Source of the DNA: Leucoraja ocellata
Lineage: Eukaryota
Length of the DNA stretch: 64,000 bases
Assembly: GCA_036785375.1 (NCBI GenBank)
Contig: JAWMAR010000002.1
Span: forward strand, 24,428,001 to 24,492,000
Direction: 5' to 3'
Within the stretch, counting starts at the first letter, position 1; every line of letters starts with the position of its first letter. The translations under genes and the position numbers were made by a program. The notes under the pieces were generated by a model. It saw nothing but the letters and a program-made list of their open reading frames with translations. It did not search any database and was not told the DNA's origin. This document shows, one piece after another, positions 1 through 11,600 of this stretch.

Positions 1-244
1 CGCTTAGTTCTGCTCATGAATTAGGGACAAATTCATAAATGTTCATAATTTATGACTTATGAAGAACTAATTTATGTATGTGCATTATAACCCTTCAAGA
101 CTAATAATTAAAAATATTTTAGATTTAGAATTATTTTTAGATAGTTTTCAAACATTTTATCAAAGTTTCCATCTTAAATGCATGAGTGTATTCTAATATA
201 AAAGCTAAGCTCCGAGGATGTTGAAAGTCTAAAAATGAAATTGA

Positions 245-1586
245 AAATAGAAACATAGAAACATAGAAAATAGGTGCAGGAGTAGGCCATTCGGCCCTTC
301 GAGCCTGCACCGCCATTCAACATGATCATGGCTGATCATCCAACTCAGTATCCCGTACCTGCCTTCTCTCCATACCCCCTGATCCCCCGAGCCACAAGGG
401 CCACATCTAACTCCCTCTTAAATATAGCCAATGAACTGGCCTCAACTACCTTCTGTGGCAGAGAGTTCCAGAGATTCACCACTCTCTGTGTGAAAAATGT
501 TTTTCTCATCTCGGTCCTAAAGGATTTCCCCTCTATCCTTAAGCTGTAACCCCTTGTCCTGGACTTCCCCAACATCGGGAACAATCTTCCTGCATCTAGC
601 CTGTCCAACCCCTTAAGAATTTTGTACGTTTCTATAAGATCCGCCCTCAATCTCCTAAATTCTAGTGAGTACAAGTCAAGTCTATCCAGTCTTTCTTCAT
701 ATGAAAGTCCTGACATCCCAGGAATCAGTCTGGTGAACCTTCTCTGCCTTCCCTCTATGGCAATAATGTCCTTCCTCAGATTTGGAGACCAAAACTGTAC
801 GCAATACTCGAGGTGTGGTCTCACCAACACCCTGTACAACTGCAATAGAACCTCCCTGCTCCTATACTCAAATCCTTTTGCTATGAATGCTAACATACCA
901 TTCGCTTTCTTCACTGCCTGCTGCACCTGCATGCTTACTTTCAATGACTGGTGTACCATGACACCCAGGTCTCGTTGCATCTCCCCTTTTCCTAATCGGC
1001 CACCATTTAGATAATAGTCTGCTTTCCTGTTTATGCCACCAAAGTGGATAATCTCACATTTATCCACATTATACTGCATCTGCCATGCATTTGCCCACTC
1101 ACCCAGCCTATCCAAGTCACCTTGCAGCCTCCTAGCATCCTCCTCACAGCTAACACTGCCCCCCAGCTTAGTGTCATAAGCAAACTTGGAGATGTTGCAT
1201 TCAATTCCCTCGTCCAAATCATTAATATATATTGTAAATAGCTGAGGTCCCAGCACTGAGCCTTGCGGTACCCCACTAGTCACTGCCTGCCATTGTGAAA
1301 AGGACCTGTTAACTCCTACTCTTTGCTTCCTGTCTGCCAACCAGTTCTCTATCCACATCAATACTAGACCCCCAATACCGTGTGCTTTAAGTTTGCATCC
1401 TAATCTCTTATGTGGGACCTTGTCGAAAGCCTTCTGAAAGTCCAGATATAACACATCCACTGATTCTCCCTTATCCACTCTACTAGTTACATCCTCAAAA
1501 AATTCTATAAGATTCGTCAGACATGATTTACCTTTCATAAATCCATGCTGACTTTGTCCAATGAATTCACCATTTTCCGAATGCTG
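245..1586 (-). mobile_element. CR1-clade LINE, 5'-truncated (RT half plus 3' UTR)
   Basis: Minus-strand ORF 345..1631 contains QHGF, YLDFQKAFDKV, GVPQGSVLGP and VRPHLEYCVQFWSP. The 3' tail is (TTTCTATG)n, read on + as ATAGAAAC repeats at ~247-272. The catalytic FADD motif is mutated to FAYD. Confidence 0.95.
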
Positions 1587-2079
1587 GAATGACTTAGCAC
1601 GGCAGAGGGCATTTGTATTTTGATCTTCCAAACTATGTGTATTAGTTAGAACATTATGGGATGATATTGATCAGAGAATAGTTGGAGTGGTGATGCTGTC
1701 CAACATCTGATTAGATCTAATGGTATCTGGATCTATAGGCTGCACTTTAGAGTACTTTACAGCATTAGAAAGAAGCAGCTTTTGGCACACATGCCTATGT
1801 CAAGGCACAAATTCACATATTTCAGCGACTTGAGTACAATGCTTTTATTTAATCTATTAAAAAAATTGCGGTAGTTTGGCCAATGGTTATCCCTCAACAA
1901 CTCTTCAATTGTAGCTTGAGCTGTAGATATATCTGTAGAAACTGCTTTAATCGGCTTGGAAAGTATCTCTATGATAATCATGATCATTTTTCCTGGTAAT
2001 AGACCAGAACAATCCACACCAATCCTTGACTATGGTTTGTTTAGATCGAGCTATTATGTTTGTGCTGAACATGATGCAA

Positions 2080-2400
2080 AGACCAAATCTTATCTACTTG
2101 AAGATAATCCAAATGCCCTTATTCCCTGCATATCCATATGCCTATCCTAAAACGTCTTAAATGCCATTATCATATCCATCTCAATCACCAGTGCGTTTTA
2201 AACATGTATCACCCTCTGTGTTAAAAAAAAAATTACCTAGTACATCTCCTTTAAACTTTGCCCCTCTCACCTTAAAGCTATGTCCTTTAGTATTTGATTT
2301 TTTTCTATCCTTGGAAGGTTCTGACTGTCTACTATGCCTCTCATAATTTTATAAACCTCTATCAGGTCTCCCTGCAAACTCCGATGCCCCAGATACTTCT
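2080..2400 (-). mobile_element. Old degenerate CR1 3' fragment
   Basis: Recognisable CR1 3' segments (tctcctttaaactttgcccctctcaccttaaagctatg) with heavy divergence; boundaries approximate. Confidence 0.65.
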
Positions 2401-4562
2401 ATCAAATGTCCCCACTACTTCTGGCATTCCAGAGAACATACCCTTCTTCCACTCTGGTAATGACACAGTCAGGAAACCTTGGACAACATTCTAGCATGAT
2501 GTGTTGTGGGAAATAATGCATGCCGCACAGCAATGCTCTCGATATCCCAGTCATACAAACAAATAAAAAAACTATGCTTAAGTTAGTTGTCGAAACTCCT
2601 TTATGTGTTTGCATGTTTTTGTTTCAAATATCAAATTATTGAAAATTGAGTTTTTCCTCAATTGTTGAGGTTATGGTGGGCATTTATAATTTGGGTTGTT
2701 GATTCAGCTGTAAGTTTTGGCAATATTCAGTTATTAATTTATATGCTTTTTTAAAGTCAGAACACCAGCCAGCAGAGGGTGCAATGTGGAAATGTTCAAA
2801 TTGCCAAGACTGATCCAGTCTTTAGTCATTTAGCAGTTCCAAAAACAGCTCCAAAATCATTTGTGGATGTGCCAAATTATGTTTATCAAAGCTCTTTATA
2901 GTACATGAGCTTATGAAGAAAATTCCAAGGTACAAGCCCTTTGTGCTCATTTCAAGAAGTTGATTTTGTAACCTAGATTTATTATTATCCATTCATTTAA
3001 TTCATCAGTTGTTGTAATGGGATTAGACTAAAAATAAGCAAGAACATGGTGAGCGTAATGGGCCTGTCCCAATTAGGCGACTGCAGGAGACTCTGTGGTT
3101 GCCACATGTTCGCAGGTGGTTGCGGGGGGGGGGGGGGGGGGGCCTTCATGATCACGAGGTGTTCCCGCATTCTGGGAACTAGTCGTGGCCTCATTGTGGT
3201 CACTGCAAATTTGTCAACATGTTGAAAAATTAGCGGCGACCAGAATGAAGCCGCCATGGACAGTAGCGAGAATTCTCGTGCCGTAGGTGGGTCGCCAGGA
3301 GGTCCTAGTGGGTTGCCAGGAGGTCGAAGGTTCTCGTAGGTTGTAGCTGGTGCTGACCGGTGAATTTCATTGGCTCATTAGGAAAAAAAACGTAAGCAGT
3401 AGTTTTCAGAACCAAGGATAACCGACCGGTAATGTTAATGTCTGCTGAGCTTCACAGCCGTGTATCTCTGGCTTCTTAAATGTTGTCTCCACTCCTTCTC
3501 CCCCCTTTCCCGCCCTCTCCCCCCCTCTTTTAAAGGACTTATGTGACCCTTCCCGTACACTGTGCTTTCACCGTCTTTTAAAAATATTTATTTTTATTTA
3601 TTAGAAGTACAGTAAATTACAATAGTACAATCCAGATCTTATTACATTTATTGCACCCCTTCATTTTTAAGCTTTAAGGAAAGATATAGATAAAGAAAGT
3701 AGAGAAAGTGAGGGAAAGAAAGATGTGTTCGGGTAAAAGAGTGATCAATGAGAAAAAAAACCAGAGACCCATTGGTTAGAGACAAGAATTAAGAAATAAA
3801 CCCTAGAAAAGAAAGGAGGAAAAAGGAAACAAAAAAAACAAAAAACAAATCCAAAGCTCTATTATTAAAACCGCGCAAAAGGGACATACCAACTTCATAT
3901 TTTTCCTCCCCCTTTACCAGATCCTGACATCATTTATTTTTTGAAGTACTGATGCGCCTTATTCTTGTACATAAATGCAGACCACATCTTTTGGAAGTGG
4001 TCTGATTTGCCTGCAAGGAGGAGTCTCATATCTTCCAGGTGTAATGTTTCAAACATATTTGAAATCCACATATTTAATGTTGGTATAGGAGCGTTCTTCC
4101 AGAATTTAAGTATAAGCTTTTTTCCCATTATTAGCCCATAAGTAAATAAATTCTTTTGAAACACATTTAGTTCAGGGCTACCTTCCATTGTTCCAAAGAT
4201 AATCCAATCAGGTTTTGGTATCAGTTTTATTTTGAATAATTTTGTAAAGTTTTCAAACATTTCAGTCCAAAATGTTTGTATTTTTATACAAAAAGCAAAT
4301 GAGTACGCTATGGTAGCTTCTTGAGATCGGCATTTATCGCAAATAGGTGAAACGTTAGAAAAAAGTTTACTTATTTTGGTTTAGTATAATCCATGTAAGA
4401 TTTTGAATTATATTAGAGTGTGTCTAACGTTAATCGAGCATTTATGCACATATTGTAAATGTTTATCCCACCTCTCTTTTGAAAATGTTATAGCTAGTTT
4501 TTGTTCCCAGTCTCTTCTAATACCGTTGGTTGAAGGTATTTCTATATTTAAAATAATGTTAT

Positions 4563-7452
4563 TTATCAAGAGCAGAGAGGCAGGGGTGTAAAATGAGGGT
4601 AGAAGCAATAGGTAGCAAGGTGAAAAGTAAAAGTGGCAGGCAGACAAAACCAGGGCAAAAATCAAAAAGGGCCACTTTTCAACATAATTGTATAAGGGGT
4701 AAGAGCATTGTAAAAACAAGCCTGAAGGCTTTGTGTCTCAATGCAAGGAGTATTCGTAATAAGGTGGATGAGTTGAACGTGCAGATAGCCATTAATGATT
4801 ATGATATAGTTGGGATCACGGAGACATGGCTCCAGGGTGACCAAGGCTGGGAGCTGAACATCCAGGGATATTCAATATTCAGGGGGGATAGAGAGAAAGG
4901 AAAAGGAGGTGGGGTAGCATTGCTGGTTAGAAAGGAGATTAACTCAATGGAAAGGAAGGACATTAGTTTGGAGGATGTGGAATCGGTATGGGTAGAACTG
5001 CGAAACACTAAGGGGCAGAAAACGCTGGTGGGTGTTGTGTACAGGCCACCTAACACTAGTAGTGAAGTTGGAGATGGTATCAAACAGGAAATTAGAAATG
5101 CGTGCGACAAAGGCAAAACAGTTATAATGGGTGACTTCAATCTACATATAGATTGGGTGAATCAAATTGGCAGGGGTGCTGAGGAAGAGGATTTCTTGGA
5201 ATGTATGCGGGATAGTTATCTAAATCAACATGTAGAGGAACCAACGAGAGAGCAGGCTATTTTAGACTGGGTATTGAGTAATGAGGAAGGGTTAGTTAGC
5301 AGTCTTGTTGTACGTGCTCCCTTGGGCAAGAGTGACCATAATATGGTTGAGTTCTTCATTAGGATGGAGAGTGACATTGTTAATTCAGAAACAATGGTTC
5401 TGAACTTGAAGAAAGGTAACTTTGAGGGTATGAGACGTGAATTGGCCAAGATTGACTGGCAATTAATTCTAAAAGGGTTGATGGTGCATATGCAATGGAT
5501 GACATTTAAAGACTGCATGGATGAACGACAAAAATTGTTCATCCCAGTTTGGCAAAAGAATAAATCAGGGAAGGTAGTGCATCTGTGGATAACAAGGGAA
5601 ATCAGGGATAGTATCAAAGCGAAGGATGATGCGTACAAATTAGCCAGAAAAAGCAATATACCAGAGGACTGGGAGAAATTCAGAGACCAGCAGAGGAGGA
5701 CAAAGGGCTTAATTAGGAAAGGAAAAATAGATTATGAAAGAAAACTGGCAGGGAACATAAAAATTGACTGCAAATGTTTTTATAGATATGTGAAAAGAAA
5801 GAAATTAGTTAAAACGAATGTAGGTCCCTTGCAGTCAGAAACAGGTGAGTTGATCATGGGGAACAAGGATATGGTGGACCAATTGAATAACTACTTTGGT
5901 TCCGTCTTCACTAAGGAAGACATAAATAATCTGCCGGAAATAGCAGGGGACCGCGGGTCAAAGGAGTTAGAGGAATTGAGTGAAATCCAGGTTAGTCGGG
6001 AAGTGGTGCTGGGTAAATTGAATGGATTAAAGGCCGATAAATCCCCAGGGCCAGATAGGCTGCATCCCAGAGTACTTAAGGAACTACCTCCAGAAATAGT
6101 GGATGCATTAGTAATAATCTTTCAAAACTCTTTAGATTCTGGAGTAGTTCCTGAGGATTGGCGGGTAGCAAACGTAACCCCACTTTTTAAGAAGGGAGGG
6201 AGAGAGAAAATGGGGAATTACAGACCAGTTAGTCTAACATTGGTAGTGGTGAAACTGCTAGAGTCAGTTACTAAAGATGGTATAGCAGCACATTTGGAAA
6301 GTGGTGAAATCATTGGACTAAGTCAGCATGGATTTACAAAAGGTAAATCATGTTTGACGAATCTTATAGAATTTTTCGAGGATGTAACTAGTAGCGTGGA
6401 TAGGGGAGAACCAGTGGAGGTGGCGTATTTGGACTTCCAGAAGGCTTTCGACAAGGTCCCACATAAGAGATTAGTATACAAACTTAAAGCACATGGCATC
6501 GGGGGTTCAGTATTGATGTGGATAGAGAACTGGCTGGCAAACAGGAAGCAAAGAGTAGGAGTAAACGGATCCTTTTCACAATGGTGGCAGTGACTAGTGG
6601 GGTACCGCAAGGCTCAGTGCTGGGACCCCAGCTATTTACAATATATATTAATGATCTGGATGAGGGAATTGAAGGCAATATCTCCAAGTTTGCAGATGAC
6701 ACTAAGCTGGGGGGCAGTGTTAGCTGTGAGGAGGATGCTAGGAGACTGCAAGGTGACTTGGATAGGCTGGGTGAGTGGGCAAATGTTTGGCAGATGCAGT
6801 ATAATGTGGATAAATGTGAGGTTATCCATTTTGGTGGCAAAAACAGGAAAGCAGACTATTATCTAAATGGTGGCCGATTAGGAAAAGGGGAGATGCAGCG
6901 AGACCTGGGTATCATGGTACACCAGTCATTGAAAGTAGGCATGCAGGTGCAGCAGGCAGTGAAGAAAGCGAATGGTATGTTAGCTTTCATAGCAAAAGGA
7001 TTTGAGTATAGGAGCTGGGAGGTTCTACTGCAGTTGTACAGGGTCTTGGTGAGACCACACCTGGAGTATTGCGTACAGTTTTGGTCTCCAAATCTGAGGA
7101 AGGACATTATTGCCATAGAGGGAGTGCAGAGAAGGTTCACCAGACTGATTCCTGGGATGTCAGGACTGTCTTATGAAGAAAGACTGGATAGACTTGGTTT
7201 ATACTCTCTAGAATTCAGAGAGTGGTGAATCTCTGGAACTCTCTGCCACAGAGGGTAGTTGAGGCCAGTTCATTGGCTATATTTAAGAGGGTTAGATGTG
7301 GCCCTTGTGGCTAAGGGGATCAGAGGGTATGGAGAGAAGGCAGGTACGGGATACTGAGTTGGATGATCAGCCATGATCATATTGAATGGCGGTGCAGGCT
7401 CGAAGGGCCAAATGGCCTACTCCTGCACCTAATTTCTATGTTTCTATGTTAT
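4563..7452 (+). mobile_element. CR1-clade LINE with nearly complete ORF2, ORF1 absent
   Basis: EN and RT coding region, (TTTCTATG)n tail at ~7432-7450, and TSD ATGTTAT at 4556-4562 and 7446-7452. Confidence 0.95.
4593..7228 (+). pseudogene. CR1 ORF2 (APE endonuclease plus reverse transcriptase), frameshifted near 6587 and internally deleted near 7217
   Basis: EN motifs LNARSIRNK, GITETW, GGGVALL, VYRPP, MGDFN and SDH; RT motifs NYRPVSL, QHGF and YLDFQKAFD in 4593..6593. GVPQGS and FADD follow in the next frame (6518..7228). After YSLEF the sequence jumps straight to the 3' 'agagagtggtgaat' segment. Confidence 0.93.
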
Positions 7453-8177
7453 ACAAGTATGATATTAAGTTTGCTGATTCAGCCTTTGTCTTCATTGCTT
7501 CGTCCAGTAAATCTGGTGGCATATTATGATAATCTTGTGTATATTTTTTCAGGTAGTCAGACATTTGAAGATATTTAAAGTAATGATTATTTCTCAGATT
7601 ATATTTTATTTGTAATTATTGGAATGATAATAATTTTCCATTTTCGTACAAATCTCCGAGCGTTTTAATTCCTATTCTGTCCCATTGTGTAAATGATTTA
7701 TCTATAATAGAGGGTTTAAACGTCGGATTATTAGCTATTGGAGATAACAGAGATAGATTCCTTAGTTTCAGGTTATGTTTTATTTGTTTCCAGGTTCTAA
7801 TTGTACTATGTATAATTGGATTTTTATTGTATTTTGTGTTATTCAAGTTCATTGGTGAGAGGAGGATCGCTCCAATGTTACACCGTCTTAATTACAGCGT
7901 CAACCTTCCTGTTCATCACGGTGTGTGTCTGTATCACATTGGCTTTGCACCGTGTGAATTTCACTCGGACAGCTCTCCCCCGCTTGCCCTGTCCCCTGCC
8001 TGCATAATGGGCTGGTGAAGGAGGCGATGTGTGTGTTTGTGTTCCAGTCGGACAGCCGCTTTTCCAGTCGCGGATTTTTAAGGGGATTGCCGGCGACTTG
8101 ACAGGCGCCTGAAAAATCGTCTAAGTGGGACAGGACCATAAGATTAATCGTATATCACATTAAAAAAAAAAAAAGGT

Positions 8178-8325
8178 TTTTAGTTTAATTAAGTTTAGTT
8201 TAGAGATACAGCACAGAAACAGGCCTATCCGCCCACCGGGTCCGCACCGACCAGCGATCCCCACACATTAACTCTATCCTACACCCACTAGGGACAATTT
8301 TTACATTTACCAAGCTAATTAACTT
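8178..8325 (-). mobile_element. HE1/V-SINE-type SINE, 3' part
   Basis: (TTTAG)n tail and body match the reverse complement of the full copy at 28885-29183. Confidence 0.8.
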
Positions 8326-8449
8326 AATATTGATTGATGTTGCCCAAACCGCAAGTATGTCAGACACATAGAGGACTTCAATTGTTTGGCATAACAACAC
8401 AGCAGATAGTGCAGCTTCCCCAGACCTCCTGTGAGCAGGGTTTGATTCT

Positions 8450-9783
8450 GACCTCTGGATGCCGTGGAGTTTGCTCTGGATCACTGGTGTGTCTCTTGGT
8501 GTGTCTTGTGTGGAGGGTGGTAGGGAGGGGAAAAGAGGAAACCGTTTTTGGTCGCCTCCTCCACGGAGAGGCAACGTTTTCCATGTCACCTCCCTCGCAG
8601 CCTAACAGCTTGGTTTGGAGCGGCCTTTCCCGGAGTCGGGCCCAGAACATCAGCAGCAGGTGCAGCGCAGACTTTTCCATCGCAGAGCCAGAGAGGAGTG
8701 CTCTGATCGCTGGCCTGGTGATTTTTACATCATGGGGCTGTGGTCTGCGTGGACTTCCATTCGGAGTCTGGGATCCCTTGCCGGGGATCGCCGGAGAAGA
8801 GCTCCGACCACCGGCCTGCGTCCTATAACATCCTGAAGCCACGGCCTCTGGTAGGAAAGTGTCGATTACGGACCTCCAAGCCGCAGAGTGCGTTTGACCG
8901 TACCGACGTCGGAGTTTTGATCATCCCGACGAGGGGGCCTGTACATCGTGCCATCCGTAGCGGCAACTACAGAGGGTTTAATCGAATATAGGAGCAAAGA
9001 GGTCCTTCTACAGTTGTACTGAGCCCTAGTGAGACCACACCTGGAGTATTGTGTTCAGTTTTGGTCCGTTAATTTGAGGAAGGATATTCTTGCTATTGAG
9101 GGAGTGCAGCGTAGGTTTGCAAGGTTAATTCCCGGGATGGCGGGGCTGTCATATGCTGAGAGAATGGAGCAGCTGGGCTTGTACACTCTGGCGTTTAGAA
9201 GGATGAGAGGGATTCTCATTGAAACATATAAGATTGTTAAGGGCTTGGACATGCTAGAGGCAAGAAACATGTTCCCGATATTGGGGGAGTCCAGAACCAG
9301 GGGCCACATTTTAAGAATAAGGAGTAAGCCATTTAGAATGGAGACGAGGAAACACTTTTTCTCACAGAGAGTGGTGAGTCTGTGGAAATCTCTGCCTCAG
9401 AGGGCGGTGGAGGCGGGTTCTCTGGATGCTTTCAAGAGAGAGCTACATTGGGCTCTAAAATATAGCGGAGTCAAGGGATATTGGGAGAAGGCAGGAACGG
9501 GGTACTGATTGGGAATGATCAGCCATGATCACATTGAATGGCTCAAAGGGCCGAATGGCCTGCTCCTGTACTTATTGTCTATTTATGGCTCCGACCACGG
9601 GTGAACAAAGGAGGAGGACTAGCTGGACTTTGTTGCCTTCCACCACAGTGAAGATTGCTGTGGTGGATGTTTGTGTTAAATGTTATTGTGTAGTGTGTGT
9701 TCTTTTTAAGTGTGTTGCAGCTCGCAGATTCATTTCACTGCACCTTCGGGTGCATGTGACAAATAAAATTGACTTTGACTTTG
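8450..9783 (+). mobile_element. GC-rich non-autonomous retroelement with Rex1/L2-like 3' tail, split by a CR1 fragment
   Basis: CpG-rich body at ~8530-8980 resumes at ~9584 and ends in tttcactgcac...gtgcatgtgacaaataaa(ttgact)n. A related tail occurs at 42781-42841 and a related body on the minus strand at 57095-57595. The 5' boundary is approximate. Confidence 0.55.
8981..9583 (+). mobile_element. CR1 3' fragment
   Basis: ORF 9029..9508 (RPHLEYCVQFW...GYWEKAGTGY) and a tattgtctatt-type tail. Confidence 0.92.
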
Positions 9784-11446
9784 CACATTCTGCCTATGAT
9801 TGTTTAATTTTTCTGTGTTGATCTGTTTTCCTCCCACGTCCTAATTAAGCTGAATGTAGCTGGTTGGTCGGATAATCCAAAGGGTTTGTAACTGGGTAAA
9901 TGTGAGGGAATATGATACAGGGAAACAAGCGGGAGTATGGGATTCTGGAAAATGCTCTGTGAGTCAGCATACAGTCAATAGGCCACATGGTGTCTTATGG
10001 TCATATGGAAATATGGATTGAAATGCATATTATCCACATGGCGTTTATAATCAACTAGCAGATGCTGATTTTAATTCTGTTTTTGCCTGGTCACCAAATA
10101 GGTGCTCCTGACATTTAATATGATGAATTAATTTATTTAAAAAAAATAATGAAATGGGAAGTGGAGCCAGTTTAATTGTAAGCTATCCAAGATAGTAAAA
10201 CTGTAAACTATCAATCAAAAGGTGCCAACACAAATCCTTAAACCTCTCATTGAAAAATCATCCAGAATGTCACATTACCCACAGCAAAGACCGTATAAAA
10301 TATCATTAATAACTGATGAATTGTCTCATATAAACCTGTGCAGATTTCACTGGCTTTTTGCTAGTTATAAAATCTTAAATTTATGAATTAAGCCGTTCTT
10401 GCTAAATCCTCGAAGGGGGTCAACTCATGAAGTTTTAAACTAAGCTTTTATTAGTGCCTTATAAAACAATTTATAACATTTAAATGTTCAGGGCTAAAAA
10501 TGTGAAATATAGAGATATAAATAACTAAGAATTTGTTTACAAGGAGGTATCAGATTTGAACTATATTAATTTTTCAATAACATTTACTGTGAACCACATT
10601 TAAGAAATTAAAACTAATTTGTAAAAAAAGCACATCTTTGCTTCAATTTTTAGTGAAGGGGGTGGGGTTAACTCAAATGAGTAGGGCTCCACTATATATA
10701 CTGCCAATGTGGTTGTGAAAGTGAGGGTAGAGATGCCAAGTGTTTCCAACCTACGGCTCGTTGCATTACAGGACACTTTGGTGTAGTTTGTGTGGGGGTA
10801 GTTGATGGGTTTATGTCAACATGGGCACCTACACCACAATCTTCTGAGTGACGATAGATTGACAGACAGGAGTGGGGTATTTGGGGATCGATGGCAATAT
10901 CCAGGGCTTCACAGAAATTCAGGAATAAATACAAAATGTATTTTACAGGAAGGAAAGTCATCCTTCCTTTCAGTATTTTCACTGCTGAATGTCCCAGTAG
11001 AATGTATTTTAGTGTTATAGTGTTCACAGTGTTAACATAGTTCCCAGCAGAAAAAGCAAGAGAGTGAAATCAATCATATGTCACGTACTGATTGATATCA
11101 TTCACACAGGACCAGTCACTCGCAAAGCTGACTGCATCGTGCATATGAAGGGCTGCATTTGCATTTGCATTTCACAAAGCTCATTATGGCTGCCGGGGCT
11201 ATTGGTGAAGCTCCGAATGAAACATATTTGAGTTTGATTATCTTACTTTAATATCAAAAATAAACCAAGGAATATTATGTTGGCAATTGGTTAATTGAAA
11301 ACCAATTGCTGTAAAGTAGTAACTTTCATAGTGTAATCTTCATGTTTTTTTTAATTTTCAAGTGAATTTGTATGCTTTCTAGAACTATCATAAAAGCTCA
11401 TAATGAACCTGGTATCTGGGACAAACGTGCAAAAATGCACCAACGA

Positions 11447-11600
11447 TAGACACAAAATGCTGGAGTAACTCAGCAGCTCAGGCAACATCTCTGGATAGAA
11501 GGAATGGTGATGTTTTGGTTTGAGACCCTTCTTCAGACTGGGTTACTTCAGTATTTTGTTTATCTTTGGTGTAAACCTGCATCTTCAGTTCCTTCCGACA
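11447..11600. mobile_element. Penelope-like terminal-repeat fragment in fold-back arrangement, degenerate hammerhead on minus strand
   Basis: gacacaaaatgctggagtaactcagc ... gttacttcagtattttg form an inverted pair. The minus strand reads CTGAAGAAGGGTCTCAAACCAAAACATC, with the GAAA core mutated. Confidence 0.65.

Larger units (their letters stand above)
3578..7880 (-). mobile_element. L1-clade LINE, 5'-truncated (ORF2 C-terminus plus 3' UTR), split by a CR1
   Basis: Minus-strand ORF pieces 7616..7852 (NPIIHSTIRTWKQI...SPIANNPTFKP), ~4408..4560 (WEQKL...WDKHLQYVHKCSIN) and 3934..4260 (KKLILKFWK...W) resemble the C-terminus of fish L1 ORF2. The T-rich tail lies at ~3578-3602. TSD CACCGTCTT at 3569-3577 and 7881-7889. 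Confidence 0.85.
3059..8138. mobile_element. PIF/Harbinger-type non-autonomous DNA transposon (MITE), split by nested L1 and CR1 insertions
   Basis: Left end TGGGCCTGTCCCAATTAGGCGA (3059-3080) matches the reverse complement of the right end 8117-8138 (TGGTCCTGTCCCACTTAGACGA) at 19/22. TAA flanks both sides (3056-3058, 8139-8141), the typical TWA TSD of Harbinger. Confidence 0.85.

Noticed and set aside
622-1276. Several ORFs overlapping CR1 in antisense or alternative frames (also 4799-5656, 6323-7140, 39804-40172, 63541-63822)
   Set aside because: They are shadow frames of CR1 ORF2 that recur with every copy and have no independent protein signature.
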